Positions 7,346-16,963 of a stretch of DNA of 30,825 nucleotides are shown here, piece after piece; positions within the stretch are counted from its first letter, which is position 1; each line of letters starts with the position of its first letter. Both the position numbers and the translations under genes were made by a program. This stretch comes from a virus (taxonomy: Duplodnaviria > Caudoviricetes). The notes below the pieces were generated by a model. It did not search any database. It saw nothing but the letters and a program-made list of their open reading frames with translations, and was not told the DNA's origin. Where the stretch lies: the IMG/VR virus record IMGVR_UViG_3300032329_000628, positions 1 through 30,825 of that record. The stretch is one strand, 5' to 3'.

Positions 7346-7510
7346 ATGAAATTGAACAAAACGGTGCTGATCCGACTCAACGAGGAGTGGTATTTCCACT
7401 TACAGAAACAAGCTGAAAAACGTGGCCCTGGCACCAAAATCACCGATGTCATCCGTGAGGCCATCTATAAGAGATATCCGTTGCCCCCTAACAGCGACAA
7501 AAATGACTGA
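7346..7510 (+). CDS. Ribbon-helix-helix regulator B (54 aa)
   Basis: MKLNKTVLIRLNEEWYFHLQKQAEKRGPGTKITDVIREAI; clear paralog of RHH A. Confidence 0.85.
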   Translation: MKLNKTVLIRLNEEWYFHLQKQAEKRGPGTKITDVIREAIYKRYPLPPNSDKND

Positions 7511-7543
7511 AATCCTTCACTCCCAACACATTACAAAATAATC

Positions 7544-7795
7544 ATGCACACATTTATCATAGGATCAGCCCTTGAGAGTGCCGCCGCCCTTGGGATTTTT
7601 GGGGTATTGATTGCCGGTGCCTTGTCCCTGATCGCTTTGCTATTTCCAATCATTGTGATCGTCCAGCTCATGACCTTGAATGGAAAAATGGCTGAGCAGA
7701 TCCAAGCCACAAAAACGCTGACTGAAGAGGCCCAACGTCAGAACATCCTGACGCGGCAGATTTTGGTCGCTTCCGGGCACGATCCCCACGCCTAA
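7544..7795 (+). CDS. Small membrane protein, possibly lysogen-expressed
   Basis: Long hydrophobic segment then a coiled coil; downstream of RHH B; A/C-rich leader. Confidence 0.7.
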   Translation: MHTFIIGSALESAAALGIFGVLIAGALSLIALLFPIIVIVQLMTLNGKMAEQIQATKTLTEEAQRQNILTRQILVASGHDPHA

Positions 7796-8046
7796 AACTC
7801 AATCCGGCGCCAGTTATCCCTCCAGAGGAGGTCGGAGAGCCGGTTGGCGTAGGCCCGAACCATCATTTCACTGGCATCGGGTAGCAGGAGATGGATCCCT
7901 TCGTGAATGACCGTGTCAAGTCGCTCACGACTGCTCCCCTGCTTCACCGGATCGATCTCGATCATATCGGGATGATGAGCCAGCCCGAGGGCACGTTCCT
8001 TTCCGAGTCGGCGCTCCCTGATGTGGATTTTCTTGGGAAGTTTCAT
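7792..8046 (-). CDS. Small HExxH (zincin-like) protein
   Basis: LDTVIHEGIHLL. Confidence 0.7.
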   Translation of the reverse strand: MKLPKKIHIRERRLGKERALGLAHHPDMIEIDPVKQGSSRERLDTVIHEGIHLLLPDASEMMVRAYANRLSDLLWRDNWRRIEF

Positions 8047-8228
8047 GGCATTCCCCTGACCTTCTCCACGATCATGAGCTGAAACTCGCAGAGGGCCTCC
8101 AACATCTTCTCTTCGTCATCGGTGACCACCCGCAGCCGGAATGGGAGTTCGATCCCTTTGACCATGACATCGAGGGTGAGGCCCCACCGGACACATCCCT
8201 CGGCGTCCTGAGGGGCGTCGGCGCTCAC
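8043..8228 (-). CDS. Hypothetical protein
   Basis: GTGA/ATGA coupling at both ends. Confidence 0.6.
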   Translation of the reverse strand: MSADAPQDAEGCVRWGLTLDVMVKGIELPFRLRVVTDDEEKMLEALCEFQLMIVEKVRGMP

Positions 8229-9211
8229 AGGAGAACCCCGTGATGGATCCGTCGGTTTTCCACTTCGAAATCCCCTGCCCTAGCCATCTCGACCACGGCA
8301 AATCCGTGGTTCCATCGGTTTAGAGGCATATAGTGAGGATGAAGGTCGCACAGACAGCCGGAGGAAAAACACGTGATCATCTTTGAGCGCACGGTCGGCT
8401 CGGTGTGTTCGCTGGTCTGGTGGAGGTGGCCGGTGAGTGTGCTGTCCTTGGCTTTCAGAAAAAATCCCCTGGCCGCGTTGACGGGGGCTAGGATCGCCTG
8501 ACGATACTCGTGGCCGTGCAGAATCGTGAGCTTGCCTGCATGGATGAGTCGCTTGTCGGTGACGTACTCGATGCCACGATTGGCAAAGGACATGAGATCG
8601 GGAAATCGGAATTGCGGAATGTCCAATAATTCCGGCGCCTTTACCCTGAGATAGCTCGTGTAGCGTTCGTCGTGGTTGCCATCCTTCCAGATGATCTTTG
8701 CTTTGGGAAACTTGTATTGGAGGTAATCCAGGAACTCATTGACCGCAGCGATCTCATCGGCTGCGCTGCGTTCACGCGGATCCTTTTCAAAGCGGCTGAG
8801 CTGGTAGAAATCAATGGTATCGCCGTTGAGGAGGATCGTGTCGACCTTGCGCTTTTTGAAATGGGCTAGTGCCACCTCGAGGGCCGGGGTGTTGTGGTAA
8901 GGAATGTGGACATCCGCGAGGACGCCGATCACCTTGCCCTCGAGGAGGTAGGGAGTGAATTTCCGTTCCGAGCTGACGGGAAGAAATGGATTTCCGGGCT
9001 TTTGAATAGGTCGCACATTGCGTTTGTCGGCCATCCAAATAAGGTTTTTTTTTCCGCTTGCGCCGCGATGGTATTGAATGGTGCCTCGGCAAGATTGCAG
9101 ATTGGACCAAACCTCCGGGTGCTTTTTATAGAGTTTCTTTGCCAGCGTGAGCGATGGAGTATCGGGAAACTTATCCAGCGCGGATTTAACAATATTTCCT
9201 TGGATGCTCAT
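8225..9211 (-). CDS. Calcineurin-like metallophosphoesterase
   Basis: Motifs DVH, GDTID, GNHD, HGH and GHLH. Confidence 0.9.
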   Translation of the reverse strand: MSIQGNIVKSALDKFPDTPSLTLAKKLYKKHPEVWSNLQSCRGTIQYHRGASGKKNLIWMADKRNVRPIQKPGNPFLPVSSERKFTPYLLEGKVIGVLADVHIPYHNTPALEVALAHFKKRKVDTILLNGDTIDFYQLSRFEKDPRERSAADEIAAVNEFLDYLQYKFPKAKIIWKDGNHDERYTSYLRVKAPELLDIPQFRFPDLMSFANRGIEYVTDKRLIHAGKLTILHGHEYRQAILAPVNAARGFFLKAKDSTLTGHLHQTSEHTEPTVRSKMITCFSSGCLCDLHPHYMPLNRWNHGFAVVEMARAGDFEVENRRIHHGVLL

Positions 9212-9738
9212 AGGGTTGAGTCGATGTGGGCGAAGAGCGCGGTAAAATCCCCCGTGTTCTCCACTACATGGTCCACGTCAAACTCCTGCCCTTCGGAGAC
9301 ATGAACCGAGCTTTTGCCGGTGCCAGGACGGACGATGCGGATTAATGTGAATCCTTCAAATTTCAGATCATCGGCTTCATCGGCGAATCTCAAGTCATCC
9401 ACCACCACCGGATGCAGCGAATGGCGCACCTTGCGCAGCAGGATCGCCCGCCAGATGTCTTGGGCAATGATATTGCGACCAAACTCCGTGCCGAGCTGCT
9501 GGAGTGCAAAGCGAGGCGACCGGCCTTGCAGGAGAGGCGTTTCCTGCTCCTTGTGAATGCCATCCACCATCTCATGAGCTTCAACAAATCCGGCACCACT
9601 CTCGATGAGAAGGCAGCGGATCATCCGCTTAATAGGCGCGGCGTAGGAGATCCGTTGAAAATGGTAACGCTTTACCAGGTACTCGGCTGCGGTGGATTTG
9701 CCACTGTGGGCCAGCCCGGTGAGCGCAATGCGTTTCAT
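9208..9738 (-). CDS. Deoxynucleoside monophosphate kinase
   Basis: GLAHSGKST, SPRFALQQLGTEFGR, DDLRF..E, HVSE; start 9738 by ATGA overlap. Confidence 0.88.
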   Translation of the reverse strand: MKRIALTGLAHSGKSTAAEYLVKRYHFQRISYAAPIKRMIRCLLIESGAGFVEAHEMVDGIHKEQETPLLQGRSPRFALQQLGTEFGRNIIAQDIWRAILLRKVRHSLHPVVVDDLRFADEADDLKFEGFTLIRIVRPGTGKSSVHVSEGQEFDVDHVVENTGDFTALFAHIDSTL

Positions 9739-10298
9739 GCCAGGAGAGACTTCGAGGCGTCGAGCCGGTTCAGCCACCCATTGAGAAACTTCCCCTGGGA
9801 GGGACGCTTTTCCACGATCCCCTCGTAGTGGCGGCGGACCTTTTGCAGGAAGGACATGGCTAGTCCGGTTGAGTCGGGCACGGACATTGCTGCGGAACGG
9901 GTCACATCCCCTAGAGATCCATCGATGGTCAGTCGGGCCGAGTAATCATTCAGCGCAAACTGAAGGGCACGAATGGCTGGGTGGATTCCGATATTCACCC
10001 CAGAGACAAAACAAACCGATTGCACCGGCGAGGGAAGGCCTGTGAAAGCCATCCAGTAGTTGCTGAAATAACAGAAAGCAATATCACCGGCAGTCGAAGC
10101 ATCAGTCACCTCCCCGTCGCGTTTTAGGAGACCAGCAAAGGTGGCCCCACCCGGATCGTCGGGGTCATTTTCCCACCGGATCGTCTTGTGATCGGGTGCG
10201 TATTCACACTCCCACTGGAGGACCAGTGCAAGGGCTTTACGGAAGGCTGCCGGATAAGAGGCCACCGAGGCCGCAGCCAGGATGTCCTCGATGGTCAT
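9735..10298 (-). CDS. Endolysin, glycoside hydrolase family 108 with PG-binding C-terminus
   Basis: E...NDPDDPGGAT; C-terminal KFLNGWLNRL. Confidence 0.88.
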   Translation of the reverse strand: MTIEDILAAASVASYPAAFRKALALVLQWECEYAPDHKTIRWENDPDDPGGATFAGLLKRDGEVTDASTAGDIAFCYFSNYWMAFTGLPSPVQSVCFVSGVNIGIHPAIRALQFALNDYSARLTIDGSLGDVTRSAAMSVPDSTGLAMSFLQKVRRHYEGIVEKRPSQGKFLNGWLNRLDASKSLLA

Positions 10299-10543
10299 GG
10301 CTTTTCAGCAAATTTGCTGATGCCCTTGGCCGCGCTGAGAGATCCAACCGCCACGGAAAGAAGGTTGGCAATGTTCGGTGGACAATCCACCACGTCGCGG
10401 GTCAGGATGTGCCGCGTTACAAAATAAACGGTGACTCCGACTACGGTGAATAAAATCAACCAAAGGCCAATTCTGACGCTAGATGGATCGCCGTTTGCTT
10501 CGCAGAGAGCCGATTTTAGGAAGTTCAAAAGGTAAACCTCCAT
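10295..10543 (-). CDS. Putative holin
   Basis: Two hydrophobic segments and a PSSVR motif; directly upstream of the endolysin. Confidence 0.65.
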   Translation of the reverse strand: MEVYLLNFLKSALCEANGDPSSVRIGLWLILFTVVGVTVYFVTRHILTRDVVDCPPNIANLLSVAVGSLSAAKGISKFAEKP

Positions 10544-11073
10544 GCGGTTTTGACGCCGATATAACCGACCACGGCGAGGATTGAGAGCAGGGCAATCCCG
10601 CGCCACCAGAGAAGTTCTGACAAAGCCTTCTGTTGTTTGTTTCTCCAGTAGACCACATCATTCTGGGTAGATTCCAGTTGCCGGGCTTGTTCGTCCACTT
10701 TGCCGACGTACTGGCCGACGGCGATCTGGGCCGTTGCAAGCGAGTTGGTGAGTTCCGTGAAAGCTTTATCGCCACCGGGGGCGACATAGCCACTCAGGGC
10801 GACCGCTGCCGTGTTGGCCGAGGAGACCGAGGAGACGACCGCCACCGGCGATGGGGCGATGGCATCATGCTTGGGAGCCGAGGCGCAGCCTGAAAGGGTC
10901 AGGATCACAATGAAGGGAGTCACCATAGCCGCCCACTTGAGGAGCCTTCCGTGGAGCCAGTGGCGAAAGATTACGACCCACCATCCAAGGGCAAGCTGGA
11001 TTGAGGTCAAAACGTAGAGCAGGCTGAACCAGAAATGCCGCGCCAGTAATCCGACGATGCGGAGGATATTCAT
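10525..11073 (-). CDS. Membrane/lipoprotein, spanin candidate
   Basis: Internal lipobox LSG-C, coiled coil and C-terminal TM helix; located in the lysis cluster. Confidence 0.55.
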   Translation of the reverse strand: MNILRIVGLLARHFWFSLLYVLTSIQLALGWWVVIFRHWLHGRLLKWAAMVTPFIVILTLSGCASAPKHDAIAPSPVAVVSSVSSANTAAVALSGYVAPGGDKAFTELTNSLATAQIAVGQYVGKVDEQARQLESTQNDVVYWRNKQQKALSELLWWRGIALLSILAVVGYIGVKTAWRFTF

Positions 11074-11096
11074 CTCCTCCAGAGGCATGTCAAAAC

Positions 11097-11378
11097 CTAG
11101 TGGCGAGTCAGGGCGTCCTCAATACGTCGGCAGCGGAGGTCAATGGATTGAACCGTGGCGGCTACCGATGCCAAAAGTTCACGCCGTTGTTGAGCGTCGG
11201 CCTCGATGGCGGAGAGCCTGCCGTCCTGAAGCCGGTCGTGTTCCTCAATGGAAGAGACGCGGAAGGGAATATAGATAATCCCGGCAATGGCAACCAAAAT
11301 GGCAAGAAGGCCATGACCGCCACCAGCGGCCAGAAAAAGTTCCCGCAGGGATTGAGAAAATGGTTTGGGATCACTCAT
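11097..11378 (-). CDS. Small membrane protein with coiled coil (lysis-associated?)
   Basis: One TM segment then a coiled coil. Confidence 0.6.
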   Translation of the reverse strand: MSDPKPFSQSLRELFLAAGGGHGLLAILVAIAGIIYIPFRVSSIEEHDRLQDGRLSAIEADAQQRRELLASVAATVQSIDLRCRRIEDALTRH

Positions 11379-11520
11379 CGTGTTTTTGAGTGGATTGCAC
11401 AATCTTGAAAAGAGCCTGAATGGCTTCTTCTATGGCAACGTAACCGACGCGGGTCACTTTTCCTGCCATGTTTGGCTGAAGGGCATCGGATACAATTTGG
11501 AGAGCTTGTTCTGGTGTCAT
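11371..11520 (-). CDS. 49-aa ORF after the tail fibre (not in track)
   Basis: MTPEQALQIVSDALQPNMAGKVTRVGYVAIEEAIQALFKIVQSTQKHDE; fills the gap exactly. Confidence 0.65.
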   Translation of the reverse strand: MTPEQALQIVSDALQPNMAGKVTRVGYVAIEEAIQALFKIVQSTQKHDE

Positions 11521-11521
11521 A

Positions 11522-13633
11522 TTATGCCAGGGCAACCTTTTTCATGGTGGAACCGTCACGCACCCACAAACTGACCACTCCAGAAGTGGTGTTTTTGTAG
11601 ACCGCGCAATAGGAAGTTCCGTTAGAAAATGGTGTTGATGATGTGGTTGGATCGGATGCGGAAGAAAACCATTGAAAGCCAAAGGAATTAAATGAAGTCA
11701 CCGCAGACGTTGAAACTTGGAACATCCGGCTTGTGTCCGTGCAGTAAAAATCAATTTGCTCTGCTGAATTGATCCTGACGCGACGGGCCGTGCCGGTGCC
11801 GCTTTTCACCGTCCCAATGGTCAGGGAGTTGGCATTCGTGGTAAAATCAAAGATCCCCGCCTCGTAGTTTGTTCCACCGGAATCGCGTGTATTAAATACA
11901 GAAAACCCGCAAGCGGTTGTTGAATTGGCCACCGAAAGTACGTTGGCCGTGTATGCGGTCAAAATGGCATTGGTGCTGCCATTGCCAACATTGGGTGTCG
12001 TGAGCGTTTTGTTGGTCAGCGTCTGAGTAGACGTAAGCAATGTCACGTTGCTGGAAAGCCTAGCATCGGAAAGCGTTCCTGAAGTCAGTGCCGAGGCATC
12101 GGTTAAATTTGCCGGAGTGGCGGCAGCCCAAGCGGTTCCATTCCACGTTGCAACTTGTCCTGTTGTCGCAGAGGACTGAGTTAAATCAGAAAGCGGATGA
12201 GTGTGTGCCGATGGTGTCCTGGTATCCGTCAGGCGGGTATCCGACCCGTAGACCACTTGTGTGGAGGAGGCATTGCCGGATGCGGGTATGTCTTTTGCGG
12301 CGGCGGTTCCGAGAGTTGGTTTACTGGAAAGATCTGCATACGATCCGCTGGTTGCTACGGTTGCGAACGCCGAAGTTTGAAACTCAAGGAACTTCTGAGT
12401 TCCATTGTCGTTAACATACAACCGAGGCGTTGATCCGGTGGCTTTTATGACGCCCCACGTTCCAATCGTGTTGAGTGGGTAAGCCGCAGATCCTGACCCT
12501 GATCCTCCAGAGCCAGTTGGAAAACTTCCTCTTGACCACCATCCAGCGGTGAATACCGCATTTCCAGCGTTCGATATTGCGCCAATATCAGCAGCAGTCA
12601 GACTATCCGATCCTCCTGTTGCATGAGTGGAAGCGTGATTGCGGTTGGTGAGGTCGGTGTAGGAACCGCTGAATAAGGACGGCGTTCCTGTCAGGTCGCC
12701 GTAAGACCCGCTGAATAGGGTTGGCTTGTTCAAGATCTGACCAAGGCCAGAAGATGCCGACCAATCGCTCTGAACTTGTGCCGTGGATGGAGAAACCTCG
12801 GCATAGATTGAACCGGTCCAACGGTAGATCCTGCCTGTGACTGTTGCCACATAGATTTTGCCAGATTCGCCGGTGGTGGGGAAGTTTCCAGTGGTGGCGT
12901 ATTCAAGAACATCGTCGACATAGCTCGGAAGGTTCGCAGCAGGAACAAGACCTCCGACAAGAGGGGCGTAATTTGTGGCTACGGATTCCTCGGTGGCAAA
13001 GGTTCCAGAAGATGATGGAAAAGAATACTCTAGCGGCGTAGCAGAAACTGAAACGTCGGGATTGTATGTGATGCCACCATGAACAAGTGCCGTAGAGGGG
13101 CCGCCATCATCTCCAGCATCAAAAGAAACGGCGTTTTTTGATAATCCCCAATGTCCGGCATGACCATTGTCTGAATTTCCGTTAACCCCTTGACTTCCGA
13201 ATCTTGCATATCCATCCCCTCCATCGTTAATGTTGACGGCGGCAAAAGTTGGGGCGTCTGATTGATTGAGATTCTGGTTTCCGATTGCAAGCGTTCCAGA
13301 TGCCGATGGCAGCGTGACGCTGACGGACTCGCCAGTGGAAAGCGGTGGAGCAAATACATCAATGGTGCCTTGGTTCTGGTCTCCATGCGTCATTTCAAAC
13401 CCGTGGCCGTCCGCGTAAAAGCCGGGATAAATGCCTCCCTGAAGGGTTCCGTCCGAAGTATTGACTGCGACGAACGTCGGAGAGTCTGTCGTATTCAGGC
13501 TTTGATCATAGGAGGCACCGCCACCGGCTCCAGGAGGGCCGACATTGATGACCTCCGTGATGTCAGGAGTGCTGGAGGAAACCACCACATTCTGCGGAGT
13601 CGAGTCAGCCACGACCACCGTGATGTCGCTCAT
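11522..13633 (-). CDS. Tail fibre protein
   Basis: G/S/T-rich with modular fibre motifs (LPSYVDDVLE, SGSYxDL repeats, HTH, QTLTNKTL). Confidence 0.85.
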   Translation of the reverse strand: MSDITVVVADSTPQNVVVSSSTPDITEVINVGPPGAGGGASYDQSLNTTDSPTFVAVNTSDGTLQGGIYPGFYADGHGFEMTHGDQNQGTIDVFAPPLSTGESVSVTLPSASGTLAIGNQNLNQSDAPTFAAVNINDGGDGYARFGSQGVNGNSDNGHAGHWGLSKNAVSFDAGDDGGPSTALVHGGITYNPDVSVSATPLEYSFPSSSGTFATEESVATNYAPLVGGLVPAANLPSYVDDVLEYATTGNFPTTGESGKIYVATVTGRIYRWTGSIYAEVSPSTAQVQSDWSASSGLGQILNKPTLFSGSYGDLTGTPSLFSGSYTDLTNRNHASTHATGGSDSLTAADIGAISNAGNAVFTAGWWSRGSFPTGSGGSGSGSAAYPLNTIGTWGVIKATGSTPRLYVNDNGTQKFLEFQTSAFATVATSGSYADLSSKPTLGTAAAKDIPASGNASSTQVVYGSDTRLTDTRTPSAHTHPLSDLTQSSATTGQVATWNGTAWAAATPANLTDASALTSGTLSDARLSSNVTLLTSTQTLTNKTLTTPNVGNGSTNAILTAYTANVLSVANSTTACGFSVFNTRDSGGTNYEAGIFDFTTNANSLTIGTVKSGTGTARRVRINSAEQIDFYCTDTSRMFQVSTSAVTSFNSFGFQWFSSASDPTTSSTPFSNGTSYCAVYKNTTSGVVSLWVRDGSTMKKVALA

Positions 13634-13974
13634 GAGATGGTCGGAGTTATGGTTGCCGTTCCTTCAATAAGTGACACCTTGGACCCGTCGCCCTTCGTCA
13701 TGATGACATCAAAAACGTGCGTGGCATCTCTAGGGAAAGGAACCGGGATCGTTGCCGTCACGGCAGGAGTCATGGAAAATGTTACTTTCCCTAGCGCCGC
13801 ATTGGTAACTGTGGGCGTGTAGGATGCCAGCAATGAGTATCCAGCCGCCCGACGGATTCGGGCTACAAAGGTGCAGCCGGTCAAGTTGATGGCCGCGCTG
13901 GTGCTATCGGTCAAGGTCAGCGAAAAGCTTTCCGAGGCCCCCTGCTTAATCGTTCTGGAAAGCGTGTTGGCCAT
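13630..13974 (-). CDS. BppU-N-like fibre adaptor protein
   Basis: IKQG..F.L...INLTG...GKVTF...EG...ITP pattern. Confidence 0.7.
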   Translation of the reverse strand: MANTLSRTIKQGASESFSLTLTDSTSAAINLTGCTFVARIRRAAGYSLLASYTPTVTNAALGKVTFSMTPAVTATIPVPFPRDATHVFDVIMTKGDGSKVSLIEGTATITPTIS

Positions 13975-14002
13975 GCCTGCGATTTGATGTCAAAATGAGC
14001 AA

Positions 14003-16090
14003 TTAACTTTGGAACAGGGTCTGGTTCACCGCAATCGCTGCCTGAGCAACAGTGGACCTCGTGCCATCTTTTTGTATGTTAATTTCCAGAGTCAACGGAA
14101 CCGTTGCCGCATCACCAATGGCATCTCGGATGTCTTCTGACGTGAATGCTAGGTTGCCTTCAAAATAAACGGGCGCGGCAATGTTATTGGAATTCACCAC
14201 AAGAGGAGGAACTTCAATGTTGCTTTTTGCCCCAATAAAATTGATGGCAAAATAGCTGTATGCCGAACCGCCAACAACCACGTTGCCGGTGCCAATTCCA
14301 GAGAGTTTTTCCAGGCATGACTGCACTTCCGCCGGAGTGGCGTTGTAGGGAACCGGATAGCTTGTTTCAAACTGGGTGGAAACTGTCCCTGTGCTTGTGT
14401 TCAGGCTGTTAAAATACAGCGGGGTGGTATCGAATTTCTGAAGGGTAAAAGTTTTTGAAGTGGGGATCGTGGCAACTTTGTAGAGAACCCCATTGGAAGC
14501 CGTGGCCGCTTTTGTCACCGAAACATTGGCAGGCCATGTGTAATCATAAGGCCTGCTATTGGCAGATGTATTGAAAAATGCGTGTTGCGTGTAAGTCAGC
14601 GAGAAATATGCAGTCCTGACAATTTCCGTGGCGTTTGATGCTCCGAAAGGGTTTTTCAGAAAATTTTCATCATGCGCTATTGACCATCTGCAATATGGGA
14701 AAAGCGTATTGTCGGGAGTTCCTTCAGCAAAACGAATGCAAGCACCAGAAATTCCAAAGACTTTGGCTCCAGCAACGGTTTGTGTGCCGGAAGATATAGG
14801 GCTTATTGGGCGGAAGTTATAATCAGTGAAATTAACGTGTAAATCAAAATCCTGATATTGCCAAAAAGTGAAACCGGAAGATGTTTCTTTAAAATATCCG
14901 TACTGATGGAATCCATCCCCTTTTGTCCAATAAAAAACTCGACCAGAGTATGAGGAACTAGCCTGAGTCCAACCAGAAACAAATGAATCATAATCTGGCA
15001 AATAATCTGGATGAGGTGACTCGTTTGCGTCCAAATAAGTCTTTTGAGTGTTTTCATAAACAACAGAAGCGTTTTTGGGGACAAAATAAAGTGAGGAATA
15101 GTCTCCTTCGCTTGGCAATGATCCCACAACAACGGTTCTGTTGACTGTTTTGTTGTAATAAGTGACGAACTCTGATCCGACAACTTTGGCAGAAAGCAAC
15201 GATTTGATATACGCACTGTCGCCGCTGTAATACATGCCGCGATATTCTTGTGGGACTTCAGAGCCGCTGACCATAATGGAATCCAGATCACCCGCAGGAG
15301 GGACGTCAAAGTTATTGAGCGACACTACCGTTCCCACTGCAAAGCCGTGGTTTGTAGCTGTGCTGATAAGGCCATTATTCACAATGGCTCCCGCATCAGC
15401 GTTTTTTGAAACTGATGGAATGGAGAATGTAAAAGACCCGCTGAGAGGCCGGTCGCTAAAGCTCACAAGCTGACTTCCCGAATAGTACTCCCCTCCCGGC
15501 TGAAGAACCTCTAGGGAAAGAGTGATTGGTGTATTTTTGACTGCCAAAATCGCCTTGGCATTGGCTGCCTGGGCAAGTTCAAGGTAAACGATTTGGCGCG
15601 CCGTTGCCGATCCAACGACTCGCGTTGTCAGGATTTGTGTCGTAGCGGGCGTAAGATCTTCCAGATTGGTTGTCAGCGCATCGCGGGTGCCGACATTCAA
15701 GAAACGAATTTGAAAACGTGTAGCCACGTCGCCGGAAACCGCCACTCCGCCAGCCGCAGTGATCGTGCTGAGTGCATTGAGAGCAGCGGCCACTTGAATG
15801 GCCGTTGCATTGTACGCCAGCGTCGTGGTGGTTTGACCTCCGTAGGAAATGGTCCAGACCCCATCCGTAGGTTCCGAAGCAATCAGACCGGCTCCGACAG
15901 AAACTCCATATCCTGTCAGATCGGAAAAATTGTATGGATTCTGAAAAACCGTGCTTTTCCGCAAAAAGTAAAGGCGCAGCGTTTCAACATCTCCGGTGTA
16001 AAAAGGGGCTATTGTCGCAACAGCCGGTGAACTGGGAGAATCAACCAGTGCTTTGGAATCAAGATCAACAAAGAATTTGCGAATGGACAT
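14003..16090 (-). CDS. Tail tip/baseplate-associated protein
   Basis: Two YNAT..(Q/E)V...L..LS.I repeats; tail context; start placed at MSIRK using the TTTGAC spacing. Confidence 0.7.
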   Translation of the reverse strand: MSIRKFFVDLDSKALVDSPSSPAVATIAPFYTGDVETLRLYFLRKSTVFQNPYNFSDLTGYGVSVGAGLIASEPTDGVWTISYGGQTTTTLAYNATAIQVAAALNALSTITAAGGVAVSGDVATRFQIRFLNVGTRDALTTNLEDLTPATTQILTTRVVGSATARQIVYLELAQAANAKAILAVKNTPITLSLEVLQPGGEYYSGSQLVSFSDRPLSGSFTFSIPSVSKNADAGAIVNNGLISTATNHGFAVGTVVSLNNFDVPPAGDLDSIMVSGSEVPQEYRGMYYSGDSAYIKSLLSAKVVGSEFVTYYNKTVNRTVVVGSLPSEGDYSSLYFVPKNASVVYENTQKTYLDANESPHPDYLPDYDSFVSGWTQASSSYSGRVFYWTKGDGFHQYGYFKETSSGFTFWQYQDFDLHVNFTDYNFRPISPISSGTQTVAGAKVFGISGACIRFAEGTPDNTLFPYCRWSIAHDENFLKNPFGASNATEIVRTAYFSLTYTQHAFFNTSANSRPYDYTWPANVSVTKAATASNGVLYKVATIPTSKTFTLQKFDTTPLYFNSLNTSTGTVSTQFETSYPVPYNATPAEVQSCLEKLSGIGTGNVVVGGSAYSYFAINFIGAKSNIEVPPLVVNSNNIAAPVYFEGNLAFTSEDIRDAIGDAATVPLTLEINIQKDGTRSTVAQAAIAVNQTLFQS

Positions 16091-16120
16091 TTCCATTCTT
16101 TCCCATGTCAAAACACGATT

Positions 16121-16963
16121 TTAGGAAAGGGGATCTTGCAGAGGAATACCCGTCTTGATGTCCCAGACATCGTAGCCTTGAGAATTGGTATACCTCCAGT
16201 AATAGGGAGGGCTTATGGATAATTCGCCAACGGCCGCTGAAGCAAAACCGACAATCGCGTCGTAATCATAACTAGCTTTGTTAAATGCGCTTTCTTGTCC
16301 ATAGATTGGAAATTTTTTTCCCAAGAACTTTACATATCGCTCTTTTCCAGAGGTGTTCTTTGTGTTGTAAGAATGTTCCACCTCAACGGCATTCCCAATC
16401 GAGATTTCTGGAATTACAGCCCATGCTCCTACAAAAAACTGAAAGGTCAGGCGCGGCCAATACAGACCGTTAAATTTTAAAGCCTCATGAAAAAAACCAA
16501 AATCGCACGTTATGGAAACGTCACAAGTTAGGTATGGGTTTGAGTTGGTATTTGTACTGTTGTAAGCATCTCCATGTTCCAGTTTCCGATATGAAAATCC
16601 CCAAGGCTCCGAAAATCGATAGCACAATCCGCCATTATCTTTTGGGTAGTAATAACTTTGTTGTAGGTCAAATGAAGTTTCATTCAAAAAAACGGAAGCA
16701 TTGTTTTCAAGGTGTCCATTTGGACCATCACCACCGGTTGAACGGTATGCAACAACAGAAGAGGCCACATTGACACTGGTATCCACGACCATTTTATCCC
16801 ATCGGCACCTCCAATAAAATTTGGCAAAATCGTCAGCAGTTAGGCCCCATGGATAATTTGTGCCAAGCCCGACATCTTTGTAATTTTTTGTTTCAGGGAT
16901 TGAAAATGGGAACCCGCTAAAACACGAAGCCCCATCAACATCCTGAAGGGTTGTAAACCTCAC
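16121..16963 (-). CDS. Minor tail protein (hypothetical)
   Basis: Long ORF in the AT-rich tail-tip block. Confidence 0.65.
   Translation of the reverse strand: MRFTTLQDVDGASCFSGFPFSIPETKNYKDVGLGTNYPWGLTADDFAKFYWRCRWDKMVVDTSVNVASSVVAYRSTGGDGPNGHLENNASVFLNETSFDLQQSYYYPKDNGGLCYRFSEPWGFSYRKLEHGDAYNSTNTNSNPYLTCDVSITCDFGFFHEALKFNGLYWPRLTFQFFVGAWAVIPEISIGNAVEVEHSYNTKNTSGKERYVKFLGKKFPIYGQESAFNKASYDYDAIVGFASAAVGELSISPPYYWRYTNSQGYDVWDIKTGIPLQDPLS

Noticed and set aside
11522-13633. Diversity-generating retroelement or invertible fibre cassette
   Set aside because: No reverse transcriptase, invertase or TR/VR pair seen; the repeats are ordinary fibre motifs.
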